Part shown: positions 27,111 to 35,832 of the stretch, one piece after another | How the letters are laid out: every line of letters starts with the position of its first letter | How positions within the stretch are numbered: position 1 is the stretch's first letter | Origin: a virus | Taxonomy: Duplodnaviria > Caudoviricetes | IMG/VR virus record: IMGVR_UViG_3300045256_000857 | Location: 1 to 60,488 of that record | Length of the DNA stretch: 60,488 bases | Reading direction: 5' to 3' (one strand) | The notes under the pieces: model-generated | The model's input: only the letters and a program-made list of their open reading frames with translations | Told to the model about the DNA's origin: nothing | Database searches by the model: none | Program-made: the position numbers and the translations under genes

Positions 27111-28604
27111 ATGGCCACCACGAAGAAACTCAACGTGCTCGAGGTTGTCGAGCCGAACACGCGCAACTTCGTGGAGTGGACGCCCGATTCCCTGCGCATC
27201 GCACGCCTGAGCGCCGCCGGAGGCAACCTCAAACTCGCCGCCGACCTGTGCAACGATTTCCACGGTGACGACCGCATCCCCGGCGCGCTCGAGACCCGCA
27301 TCAAAGGTTTGCTCGGTTTGCCGTTCTCCTTCGCCCCGGCGGACGGAGCCAAGCGCCGCACGCCTATTGTCAAAGCGGCTGAGACCGACTGGGTCAAAGC
27401 CAACCCCGAAGACCAGTTGTACAACCTGATGATGTGGGGCATCCTCCTCGGCGTCGGCTTGGGCGAGATCATCCCCACCGAAAGCAAAGACGGACGGCTC
27501 CTGCCGCGCCTGAAAACGTGGAATCCGCGCTGGCTGCGCTGGGACTTCACCTCGAGAAGCTGGAAGCTGCAAACCGAGGGCGGCGACGTGGACATCACGC
27601 CCGGCGACGGCAAGTGGATCCTCTACACGCCCTACGGACCCTCGAGACCGTGGGAACGCGGCAAGTGGCTGAGCTTGAGCCTGTGGTGGCTCGCCAAGCG
27701 CTTCGCCGTGACCGATTGGAGCCGCTACGGGGAGAAGCACGGCTCGCCAATCACCGCCGGGACGATGCCGGACAACAAAGCGGGCGACAAGCAAGCCCGC
27801 AAAGACCTCGCCGCTGACCTGGACAACCTCGGTGCGAACGCCTCGGTTGCCCTACCGCCCGGGTACGACCTGAAGCTCGTGGAAGCCACCGCGAACACCT
27901 GGGGCACGTTCCAGGCGCAGATCAACATGGCCAACTCCGGTATTGCCATCGCCATCAACGGGCAGAACCTGACCACCGAGGTCAAAGAGGGGTCTCGAGC
28001 CGCCGCGACGGTGCACGAAGCGGTCAAGCAAGACCTGATCGAAGCCGACGCCGAGACCGCCAGCACCACGCTGCACGAGCAAAGCTGGACGTGGTGGGCG
28101 ACGTGGAACTACGGCGACGCGCGCCTCACACCGTGGCCCCAATGGGACACCACGCCGCCCGAGGACCGCACCAAAACCGCCGAAACCCTGTCCAAGATCA
28201 GCCCGCAACTCGACACCCTCGAGCGTCACGGCGTGGATGTCAAAGCGCTGCTCGAGCGCTACGGCCTGCCGATGATGCAGGACGTGACGCAGCAAAAACG
28301 CAGCGTTATGCAACTGCTCTCCGGCGCTGATCCGTCCACGAAGCCCAGCGCCCGCGAGTTCCTGAACGGGCAACTATACGCCGACCGCATCGCCGACCAA
28401 GCCATCAGGCTCGGACGCGACCTGCACCGCGCCGACCTCGACCGCGTGCTCACCGCCGCCTTGAGCGGCACGGACTTCGAAAGCATCCGCCGCAAACTGC
28501 TCGAGGTCTACGACGACCTCAGCCCAGATGAGATCGCGGAGAAGACCGAGCAGGCGCTGATCCTCAGTGAGTTCGCCGGACGGTACGCCGCTCGAGACGG
28601 CTAA
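27111..28604 (+). CDS. Portal protein (Mu gp29/DUF935-like)
   Basis: DWSRYGEKHGSP, INGQNLTTE..GSRAAATVHEAVKQDLIEADA. Confidence 0.88.
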   Translation: MATTKKLNVLEVVEPNTRNFVEWTPDSLRIARLSAAGGNLKLAADLCNDFHGDDRIPGALETRIKGLLGLPFSFAPADGAKRRTPIVKAAETDWVKANPEDQLYNLMMWGILLGVGLGEIIPTESKDGRLLPRLKTWNPRWLRWDFTSRSWKLQTEGGDVDITPGDGKWILYTPYGPSRPWERGKWLSLSLWWLAKRFAVTDWSRYGEKHGSPITAGTMPDNKAGDKQARKDLAADLDNLGANASVALPPGYDLKLVEATANTWGTFQAQINMANSGIAIAINGQNLTTEVKEGSRAAATVHEAVKQDLIEADAETASTTLHEQSWTWWATWNYGDARLTPWPQWDTTPPEDRTKTAETLSKISPQLDTLERHGVDVKALLERYGLPMMQDVTQQKRSVMQLLSGADPSTKPSAREFLNGQLYADRIADQAIRLGRDLHRADLDRVLTAALSGTDFESIRRKLLEVYDDLSPDEIAEKTEQALILSEFAGRYAARDG

Positions 28605-28607
28605 CGC

Positions 28608-29807
28608 GTGCCGTACCGCGCGCCAACGGACTTTGACGCCGCCCTCGCCTGGTGGCGCGAACGCGTGCCGATGCTCGAGAGCGACTTTTACGCCCTCAGT
28701 GCACGGGCGCGCCGCAAAGCCTTCACCGTCGCCGGAGTCGCCCAGCTTGACCTCGTGACCGACGTGTACCGTTCGCTCGAGCGCGCCATTGCCGAAGGCA
28801 AAAGCCTGACCGATTGGAAGCTCGAGGTCGGCGAGCGCCTGCGCAACGCCTGGGCGGGCACGGTCCGCAAGCCCGGACATCGCCTCGAGACGATCTACCG
28901 CACGAACGTTCAACTCGCCTACGGCGCGGGACGCTACTACGCGATGACCGGGGATAGCGCCCTCGAGGCACGCCCGATCTGGGTTTTCGACGCGGTGCTG
29001 GACTCGAGGACCACCGTGGGTTGCCGCGCGCTGGACGGCGTGACCCTGCGCTGGGACGACCCCTTCTGGACGCGCAACTACCCGCCCCGGCATTTCCGGT
29101 GCAGGAGCGGTGTCCGGGCCTTGCCCGAGTCGGACGTGACGCTCACCGACATGAGCACCCGTTCCCGAGTCCAAGCCGACCCCGGCTTCGGACGCCTCCC
29201 CGACAGCGACGAGTACACCTTCACCCCCGACCCGTTCAAGTACCCGGCGGAACTGTGGCGCGGCTACCTCAAACACCAGGCAGCCGCGGACGAACGCTCG
29301 CTCGAGCGCACCGGCAAGATCAACCAAAAGACTGCGCTCAAAGAGGCGCGCAAGCTCACGAAGCGCGCCGGTTTCGAGTTGGTCGTCCACGACGGCAACA
29401 GCGCGCGATTCAAAACCAGGGACCGCCGCAGCGTCTTCGCGGAGTACGACGAACTGGACGGCAAGATTCACCTGAACCTCGTCAACCCGTTCTGGAAGGA
29501 CGTGCAAGCCGCCAGCGCCGCGTTCTTCGAGGACCGTTACTTCTCGACTCCCGACCCGTACCACGTCGTTCACCACGAGATCGGGCACGCCCGCCAGATC
29601 GTCGCCGCAGGCTTGGCGTTAAACCGCTTTTCTTTCCCGCCTGGTTTCCCGCAGGAACTCGAGGCGCTGGTCAGCACGCGCGCCACGGTCTCCCCGACCG
29701 AATGGGTTGCCGAGGTCTACGCCGCGCTCGCCGTGGGGCGAACCTTCGGCGACAAGCACGAGGATGTTGTAAAATACTTCTTGGAGATGAAAGGGGTGAT
29801 GCCGTGA
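28608..29807 (+). CDS. Mu gpF-like minor head protein with a C-terminal HExxH domain
   Basis: AFTVAGV, RLETIYRTN, PPRHFRCRS; HHEIGH ... EWVAE. Confidence 0.85.
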   Translation: MPYRAPTDFDAALAWWRERVPMLESDFYALSARARRKAFTVAGVAQLDLVTDVYRSLERAIAEGKSLTDWKLEVGERLRNAWAGTVRKPGHRLETIYRTNVQLAYGAGRYYAMTGDSALEARPIWVFDAVLDSRTTVGCRALDGVTLRWDDPFWTRNYPPRHFRCRSGVRALPESDVTLTDMSTRSRVQADPGFGRLPDSDEYTFTPDPFKYPAELWRGYLKHQAAADERSLERTGKINQKTALKEARKLTKRAGFELVVHDGNSARFKTRDRRSVFAEYDELDGKIHLNLVNPFWKDVQAASAAFFEDRYFSTPDPYHVVHHEIGHARQIVAAGLALNRFSFPPGFPQELEALVSTRATVSPTEWVAEVYAALAVGRTFGDKHEDVVKYFLEMKGVMP

Positions 29808-30016
29808 AAGGTTGGTCCTGTACGTTCTGCAAACACAAGACGCCCGGTGAAACGACCTGCGCGGCGTTCCCGCAAGGCATTCCGGCGGCGATCATCGCCG
29901 GTGATGACCAGCACCTCGAGCCGTACCCCGGCGACGGCGGCATTCGCTACGAAGCCAGCCCCAAAGCCGTCGTGCTGGGCTTCGATTTGCGCGCCCCCGA
30001 ACCCGCGTTCGCCTGA
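29804..30016 (+). CDS. Small Cys-rich protein, candidate MuF immunity protein
   Basis: CTFCKH..CAAFPQGIP..H..PYPGDGGIRYE; GTGA overlap with MuF. Confidence 0.7.
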   Translation: MKGWSCTFCKHKTPGETTCAAFPQGIPAAIIAGDDQHLEPYPGDGGIRYEASPKAVVLGFDLRAPEPAFA

Positions 30017-30024
30017 ACCGACCG

Positions 30025-30261
30025 CTAATCCTCCCAGCGCACCTCGAGCACTTCATCCAACGTCACGCGACGCCCGAGGATGATCTCCAACGCGCTCAGA
30101 ACCCGCTCGAGGGTGTCGAACTTGACCCCTCGAGCCTTGCTTTTCACCAAGTCCTCGTAGATTGTCGCGCGGTGCAAGTCCGCTTGCGCGGCGAGGACGT
30201 ACCCGCTGATGCCCTCACGCTCGAGCAGGGGCTTAATGTTCCAGCGGACCTTTGCGGGCAC
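30025..30261 (-). CDS. Cro/C1-type HTH protein
   Basis: LLEREGISGYVLAAQADLHRATIY..VKFDTLE; TAGGTT 7 nt before GTG. Confidence 0.75.
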   Translation of the reverse strand: MPAKVRWNIKPLLEREGISGYVLAAQADLHRATIYEDLVKSKARGVKFDTLERVLSALEIILGRRVTLDEVLEVRWED

Positions 30262-30323
30262 GAACGCGAACCTAACGCGCGCCCTCGAGCGCGTAGTTCT
30301 ACCCGAGTAGTACACTCGAGGGC

Positions 30324-30590
30324 ATGACGAACCTCAGTGTCACCCCGGTTTCCGCGCGTCCCTTCGTGATGGCTACGCTTGCCCAACCGCTCGCCAGCGA
30401 CGTGGTGCATGCGCGTTTGAATGGGCTTGTAGGGGATGGGGTGAGCATCGTGGACAATGAAGTCACTGTGTATCTGCCGCATGCCTCGAGCCTGGTGAGC
30501 TTGGCGCGCGTGGTGGAGGCGCTCGAGCCGATCAGTGATCGCGTGGTGGTCAGCCTTTCGAGTTCGACGCTTGACATTCTAGGGGACTAG
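30324..30590 (+). CDS. Hypothetical protein divergent from the HTH gene
   Basis: 88 aa; TACACT 7 nt before ATG; inverted repeat GCCCTCGAG/CTCGAGGGC in the gap. Confidence 0.55.
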   Translation: MTNLSVTPVSARPFVMATLAQPLASDVVHARLNGLVGDGVSIVDNEVTVYLPHASSLVSLARVVEALEPISDRVVVSLSSSTLDILGD

Positions 30591-30601
30591 GGTTCTATAC
30601 T
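30571..30601 (+). promoter_or_regulatory. Promoter of the RNA region
   Basis: TTGACA-N19-TATACT; spacer contains CTAGGGGACTAGGG. Confidence 0.6.
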
Positions 30602-30718
30602 CTCTCGAGAGCAAACCTTGCGTGAGCGGGCTGATGTACCGCCGAAGTGAGGCTCGAGCAGGGCACGGATTGAAGTTGGCTCGAGGCAGGAATGCCGAGA
30701 GGATCACCTGGAAGTCAA

Positions 30719-30794
30719 GGCGGGTAATTGCCCCAGTGGGCAGGCGAGGCTCATAACCTCGAGGCGCGTGGTGCAACTCCATGACCCGCAACCA
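30719..30794 (+). tRNA. Non-canonical tRNA with CAT anticodon (Met/fMet or Ile2-like)
   Basis: 76 nt; acceptor gGCGGGT/ACCCGCa+ACCA; anticodon arm CGAGG-CTCATAA-CCTCG; T arm CGTGG-TGCAACT-CCATG. Confidence 0.8.
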
Positions 30795-30901
30795 AAGGCC
30801 AACGCTTTGAGCAACGGCCTTGACACTGCGGGGTCGTTAAATCCGCCGAGCACAGAGGCCACTGCTCGCTAAATCCCGCCTCACCTTTCGATCCCTCTTT
30901 A

Positions 30902-31004
30902 GGGGCGGCTGCCTTCAATGGCGAGTGAGACGGGTTCTCGGGCTGACGAGTTGCAGGGAATCAGCCCCACGCAGAGATAAGTGCAACTCCACGCCGCCCC
31001 GCCA
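30902..31004 (+). ncRNA. tRNA-like structured RNA ending in CCA
   Basis: GGGGCGGC/GCCGCCCC terminal stem + GCCA; internal hairpins; GTGCAACTCC shared with the tRNA T-loop. Confidence 0.5.
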
Positions 31005-31172
31005 CGTTAATCCCGAGGATTAGAGCAGGACGGCAGTGACTCGCGCTGTTATCCGTCCCCTGCGAAACACCCGGCGCGAGGCGCTGAAGATCGCAGACCT
31101 ACTGCAAAGCGAGACGGCGAATCTCGAGACAGGGCGGTTGATCCCCGCCCTGATGCCGTTCAAAGGAGCCCC

Positions 31173-31409
31173 GTGGAACAGCAACCTAGCATTGGCAGAG
31201 TCGTCCATTACGTCGCTTTCGGCACGCCCAAAGGCGAGTACTTGCCCGAGCATCGCGCGGCGATCATCACCGCCGTCTCGGGCGACGACAGCCAAACCGT
31301 GAGCCTGTGCGTGCTCAACCCGACCGGCATGTTCTTCAATCAGGGTTGCCACTTTGACAGTTCCAGCGAGCCTGCTGGCGGCACGTGGCACTGGCCCGAA
31401 CGCGTCTAA
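31173..31409 (+). CDS. Small conserved-looking phage protein
   Basis: PSIGRVVHYV..AAIITAV..GTWHWPERV; AAGGAG Shine-Dalgarno. Confidence 0.8.
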   Translation: MEQQPSIGRVVHYVAFGTPKGEYLPEHRAAIITAVSGDDSQTVSLCVLNPTGMFFNQGCHFDSSSEPAGGTWHWPERV

Positions 31410-31428
31410 CCTTCGAGACCCTAAGCAG

Positions 31429-31484
31429 CGCCCCTTGAGCCCCTGAGACCGCGACTCAGCGCGGACGGCTCGAGGGGCTTTTTT
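31429..31484 (+). terminator. Rho-independent terminator
   Basis: GCCCCTTGAGCC ... GGCTCGAGGGGC followed by TTTTTT. Confidence 0.55.
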
Positions 31485-31647
31485 ATTCCCCACCTGCCTT
31501 TGTCCAGACCCACATGCCGCCTGCCCAGATCAACCCGGCAACGACCAAGCCGCTCGCGTCCTGCATCATGCGCTGCGACCACACCAGCAGCGTGACGACC
31601 ACAGTCCACAGCACCATCAGGACCACTCGCACCGGCTCGAGCTTCAT
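31483..31647 (-). CDS. 54-aa two-TM membrane protein (GhoT-like in size and topology)
   Basis: MKLEPVRVVLMVLWTVVVTLLVWSQRMMQDASGLVVAGLIWAGGMWVWTKAGGE; not in the ORF track. Confidence 0.6.
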   Translation of the reverse strand: MKLEPVRVVLMVLWTVVVTLLVWSQRMMQDASGLVVAGLIWAGGMWVWTKAGGE

Positions 31648-31658
31648 GCGCGGTTTCG

Positions 31659-32012
31659 TCACCGCTTGTCTGCTATTGCAGACCGCAGTGTCTTCAAAGC
31701 CTCTTTCATTTTCACGTTTGCTGTTGTGGGAAGGTTATATGACCAGATTTCGTCAGCTTTGGTGAGCAAAATCATGTACTTCTTACCTGTGCTTTCCGCT
31801 GCTGTATGACCTAACTCAAACACGTCTTTCGAGGTGTAATTACCTTCGATGTTGTACTCAGCAGTCGGAAGATGACGTAAAACTGGTGTTTTGTTCCCAA
31901 TTTGGAAAAACATCGCACGAGCAAAGCCCAGAACCTCCATTGCTTCGTGCAAAGTGTCGTAATCACTTGAATCGGCGTCGTGTAACTCGACTCGGACAAT
32001 GAAGTTTGCCAT
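31659..32012 (-). CDS. GhoS/DUF2622-like endoribonuclease
   Basis: MANFIVRVELHDA..DYDTLHEAM..GF..LPTAEY; low GC; TAGACT 6 nt before ATG. Confidence 0.7.
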   Translation of the reverse strand: MANFIVRVELHDADSSDYDTLHEAMEVLGFARAMFFQIGNKTPVLRHLPTAEYNIEGNYTSKDVFELGHTAAESTGKKYMILLTKADEIWSYNLPTTANVKMKEALKTLRSAIADKR

Positions 32013-32110
32013 GAGGTGAGTCTAAGAGGTGGACTGGCGCAACTTGGGTTTTTTGAGCGTCGTGACTCAGCACAACGCTCGAGTGAACCGCGCAAACGCA
32101 CAATCAGCGC

Positions 32111-33373
32111 GTGCTCGAACGCATCACCCTCAGCGCAAGCTTGTACGGCGGCGGCGTCATCCGCAACGCGGACGGCATCCCCACCGACATCCGCCTGTTG
32201 GATCGCGGCGTCAACCGTTCGACCAAGGGTGACTTGCTGTACAGCGACCAAAGCGCGTCGCTCATCAAAACCGAAAGCCAGGACTGGGGCAACGAGTACT
32301 TCTTTGACTACGACCACGCCACCTTCGACGAGAAGAACACCGCGCCCGACAAAGGCATCAGCGCCGGGTGGTACAAGCTCGAGGATCGCGCGGACGGGTT
32401 GTGGGCGGTCGGCATCTCTTGGACGCCCCGCGCGCTCGAGTACCTGAAGAACAAGGAATACAAATACTTCTCCCCGACGTTCTTCTACAACAAGAGCAGC
32501 AAGGAATTCGTCGGGTACGTCAACACCGCGCTCACCAATTACCCCGCGCGCAAGAACCTCGAGCCGCTCGTGCTGAACAACCACGAGCAACCCGAGGACG
32601 CACGCTTCGAGGGTCGCAGCGCGGATCGTCACAGCATCAGCCTCGATCAACTCTGCTCGTCGCTCGAGCGCCTGCTCGAAACCCTGTTCCCCAACTGCTG
32701 GATCAGCGAAGTATTCAACGACTACGCCGTGTTCCGCTTCAACAGCCGCACTTGGAGCGTCCCCTACGTCATCGAATCCGACCAACCGCGCCTCACGGGG
32801 GATGCGGTCGAAGTCGTCCGCACCTACGTCCCCGTGAGTGGAGGAACCACCATGAAGGTACTGCTGAACGCCCTTGGCCTCAAAGACGACGCATCCGAAG
32901 CTCAAGCCGTGGAGCGCTTCAACGCGTTCCAAGCCCAAAACCGCGAGCTGCTCGCCCTCACCGGCAAGGACAGCCTGCCCGAAGCCTTGGGCGTCATCCA
33001 AGGCTGGAAGCAGGGCGCGGCGGCGACCGCGACCGCTCAGGCGCGTATCGCGGAACTCGAGGGTGCGGTCAAGACCGGCGAGTTGAACGCGCTGATCGAA
33101 GAAGGCAAGAAGAACGGCAAGCTCACCCCGGCGCTCGAGGCGTGGGCCCGCACGCAGGAAGCCCCGGCGCTCAAGGCGTTCCTCGAGGTCGCCCCGGTCG
33201 CGGTGCAGAAAACCGAGCACAAGGAACCGGGCGGTAGCTCGAGCAGCAGCGCCGAAGGCGTGCTGATGCACAAGGGCAAGACCTGGGATCAACTCGACGG
33301 CACGGAAAAGCACAACCTTTACCACGACGACAACGCCCTCTACCGCGCGATGCGTGACGCCTCCGGCAACTGA
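32111..33373 (+). CDS. Mu gpI-like prohead protease/scaffold
   Basis: FDYDH, AGW, WTPRA..EYKYFSPTF, ALTNYPA; C-terminal scaffold with internal GGAGG-ATG at 32852. Confidence 0.88.
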   Translation: MLERITLSASLYGGGVIRNADGIPTDIRLLDRGVNRSTKGDLLYSDQSASLIKTESQDWGNEYFFDYDHATFDEKNTAPDKGISAGWYKLEDRADGLWAVGISWTPRALEYLKNKEYKYFSPTFFYNKSSKEFVGYVNTALTNYPARKNLEPLVLNNHEQPEDARFEGRSADRHSISLDQLCSSLERLLETLFPNCWISEVFNDYAVFRFNSRTWSVPYVIESDQPRLTGDAVEVVRTYVPVSGGTTMKVLLNALGLKDDASEAQAVERFNAFQAQNRELLALTGKDSLPEALGVIQGWKQGAAATATAQARIAELEGAVKTGELNALIEEGKKNGKLTPALEAWARTQEAPALKAFLEVAPVAVQKTEHKEPGGSSSSSAEGVLMHKGKTWDQLDGTEKHNLYHDDNALYRAMRDASGN

Positions 33374-33434
33374 GCCCGTTTCCTAGGGGACTAGGGGAAC
33401 GCTCCGACCGCCTCACTGAAAGGAAGACCAGCAC

Positions 33435-34583
33435 ATGCCACAAATGAAGCGTGCAGACGCGATCATCCCGGAAATCCTCTTGGACGCCACCGTAGGCGCG
33501 TTCAAGGGCATGAAAGCGCTCGCGGGCACGGCCGCCGCCAGCATTCAAGTCGGTTTGCCGAACGGCTCGAGGGGCGGGGATCGCGTCAAAGTCCCGTACT
33601 TCGACATCCTCGGTGAGTTCGAGGACCTGCCGGACGACGAAGGCGGCGCGGGCAACTTGCCCAAGCTCACCCCGCAGAAGCTCACCATGAGCGCCGACAC
33701 CGCGGTCGTGCGGCACAGCGGTAAGGCGTTCGAGACCTCGGTTTGGGCGCAGCTCGCCGCGAAGTACGCCGATCCCTACGCGGAAGCCGCGCGTCAGCTT
33801 GCCATCGGCTTGCAACGCCGCGCCGACCGCGCGCTGATCGAAGAGGCGCTCACCACGGACCTGAGCATGGACGTGTACAACTTCTCCACGCCGCGCCGCT
33901 TGGATTACGACCTGATGGTGGACGCGCGGGCCCTGTGGGGCGACGAGGACGCGGATATCGCCCTCGCGGTTTGCCACAGCAAAGTGCGCGCGGACCTCTT
34001 GAAGCAAAAAGACGGGCAGGGTCGCCCGCTGTTCCTGGATGCCACCCAGGGGCAACTGACGACCGTGGGCGGCGTGCCGATCATCGCCTCCGACCGTGCG
34101 CCGATTGACTTCCCGAACATCACCGCGACCGGCACGACCCCGCCCGCCGTGACCGTCTCCGGGCGCACGACCCTGGCGGTGGACCGCTTGCGCGTCGAAG
34201 TCACGACCGGCGGCGCTCGAGGAACGGCCGTGGTGCGTTACAGCTTCGACGGCGGCGCGACCTACGCGCAAAGCGCGGTGCTGACCGCCGCGACCGTGCA
34301 GGTGCTGACCGCGCAGGGCGACCCCACCGGCTTGACCTTGAACTTCGCCACCGGCACGTACGCCACGGACAACCTGTACGTCGGTACGCCGCGCTTCACC
34401 ACGCTCGTCGCCAAGCGCAACGCGCTCGTCGTGTGGATGAACGACACGCCGACCGTGAAGAGCTTCGAGGACGTGCTGGCGGACAGCGAGCAAGCGGCGT
34501 TGCACGTCTACTGGTGCGCGCACCGTTACCGCAAGGTCAACGGCACGACCCGCACGGGCGTCGTCGCCCTGCGCCACAACTAA
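33435..34583 (+). CDS. Major capsid protein with an inserted beta-rich domain
   Basis: ADAIIPEI..GDRVKVPYF..; position after the protease/scaffold. Confidence 0.85.
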   Translation: MPQMKRADAIIPEILLDATVGAFKGMKALAGTAAASIQVGLPNGSRGGDRVKVPYFDILGEFEDLPDDEGGAGNLPKLTPQKLTMSADTAVVRHSGKAFETSVWAQLAAKYADPYAEAARQLAIGLQRRADRALIEEALTTDLSMDVYNFSTPRRLDYDLMVDARALWGDEDADIALAVCHSKVRADLLKQKDGQGRPLFLDATQGQLTTVGGVPIIASDRAPIDFPNITATGTTPPAVTVSGRTTLAVDRLRVEVTTGGARGTAVVRYSFDGGATYAQSAVLTAATVQVLTAQGDPTGLTLNFATGTYATDNLYVGTPRFTTLVAKRNALVVWMNDTPTVKSFEDVLADSEQAALHVYWCAHRYRKVNGTTRTGVVALRHN

Positions 34584-34602
34584 GCCGCCCTCGAGCGACC
34601 AG

Positions 34603-34627
34603 GACCGGGCTGTGTGCCCGGTCTTTT
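34603..34627 (+). terminator. Rho-independent terminator after the capsid gene
   Basis: GACCGGGC/GCCCGGTC stem + TTTT. Confidence 0.7.
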
Positions 34628-34682
34628 CGTGTCGTGACTTGCCCGCACGTTCAAATGTTTGCCCTGCGCGACGATTGCACCC

Positions 34683-35435
34683 ATGACCACCGCGCGCCGC
34701 CATTACTTCCGGCAAACCCGCCTCAGCATCGCCAGCGCCGACCGAGCCGGTGAGTTCATGTGGCGCGGCAAGCAACTCGAGGAACCGGGCACGCCCCTGC
34801 CCGTGAACATCCCTAGCCGCAAGCAACTCATGGCGGCGGGTGCGACCACGCTGCACGACCTCGAGGGTGCGACCGTGGAAGAGTTGCAGGACCTGCCCGG
34901 CATCAGTCCCGGATCGGCGGAGCGCATCCTCGCGGCGCTCGAGGCTGCACGCGCGGCGCGCGGGGAGGGCAGCACCAGCATTCACGCGAGCTTCCCGGCG
35001 TTCCCGACGCTCGAGGCGAACGGGTACACGACCCTCGAGAGCCTGGCGGGGCACAGCGAGAAGCTTTTGAAAAGCATCGGGCTCGTTGACGCCGACGCGA
35101 AACGCGTGTTCGTGCGCGTCGCTTACGACCGCCTGCCCGAAGCGTTCCCAAGTCGCGCGGCGCTCGAGGCGGCGGCGTTTTACACCAAGGAAAGCCTGCT
35201 CGAGGAAGCCAGCACCGTGGAATTGCTCACCGCGATTCCCGGTGTGGACACGGCTGCTGCGAACGCGATTCTCGCGGCGCTCGAGGCTGCACGCGCGGCG
35301 CGCGGGGAGGGCAGCACCAGCATTCACGCGAGCTTCCCGGCGTTCCCGACGCTCGAGGCGAACGGGTACACGACCTCAGGAGGAAGTGAGCATGTTCCTA
35401 ACCAAGTCCACACCCGTGAAATTCGTCGCGCCTGA
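34683..35435 (+). CDS. Tandem helix-hairpin-helix protein
   Basis: ATVEELQDLPGISPGSAERIL and ASTVELLTAIPGVDTAAANAIL. Confidence 0.7.
   Translation: MTTARRHYFRQTRLSIASADRAGEFMWRGKQLEEPGTPLPVNIPSRKQLMAAGATTLHDLEGATVEELQDLPGISPGSAERILAALEAARAARGEGSTSIHASFPAFPTLEANGYTTLESLAGHSEKLLKSIGLVDADAKRVFVRVAYDRLPEAFPSRAALEAAAFYTKESLLEEASTVELLTAIPGVDTAAANAILAALEAARAARGEGSTSIHASFPAFPTLEANGYTTSGGSEHVPNQVHTREIRRA
34929..35375 (+). repeat. Exact 105-bp direct repeat (34929-35033 and 35271-35375)
   Basis: Copies read as identical; 342-bp in-frame offset. Confidence 0.9.
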
Positions 35436-35832
35436 CGGTGTGACTTACCCGGCAGAGGTCACGCATATCTGGAGTGCGCGTTGTGTCAACCTCAAATACA
35501 CCGTAGGCGACGAGGAGAAAGCTGCCTCGAGCGTGATGCACGGCAGTTACTTCCCCGGCGCGACGGTCAACTGCTGGCTCGAGACCGGCGACCTCTGGTA
35601 TCAGTGGACTGCGCCGTCGCCCGCGAAGATCAAGGACGGCATCTACCCGTTGGCGACCCTCGAGCGACCCACGGGCGTGATCGCGCAGATCTACCGCGAC
35701 GGCGACGAGTTCAAAGTCGCCACGTTGGGCAAGCCCGGCCAACCCTTTGCGGACGACCCCGCGCTGCTCGAGGACGGCGACGTGCAAACCGTCATCTCCT
35801 GGCTGCGCGACGGCGGCAATCAACCCATCTGA
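35392..35832 (+). CDS. Hypothetical phage protein
   Basis: MFLTKSTP... after AGGAGG. Confidence 0.7.
   Translation: MFLTKSTPVKFVAPDGVTYPAEVTHIWSARCVNLKYTVGDEEKAASSVMHGSYFPGATVNCWLETGDLWYQWTAPSPAKIKDGIYPLATLERPTGVIAQIYRDGDEFKVATLGKPGQPFADDPALLEDGDVQTVISWLRDGGNQPI

Noticed and set aside
30625-30660. Hammerhead ribozyme (CTGATG..GAA)
   Set aside because: The core reads CTGATGT and CGAAG rather than CTGANGA and GAAA, and the three stems could not be built
30902-31004. tmRNA
   Set aside because: It starts with GGGGC but is only 103 nt, and lacks the G3:U70 pair, the A discriminator and a tag ORF
34929-35375. Diversity-generating retroelement TR/VR pair
   Set aside because: The two copies read as identical (no adenine-specific mismatches), both lie in one ORF, and no reverse transcriptase motif was seen in the window
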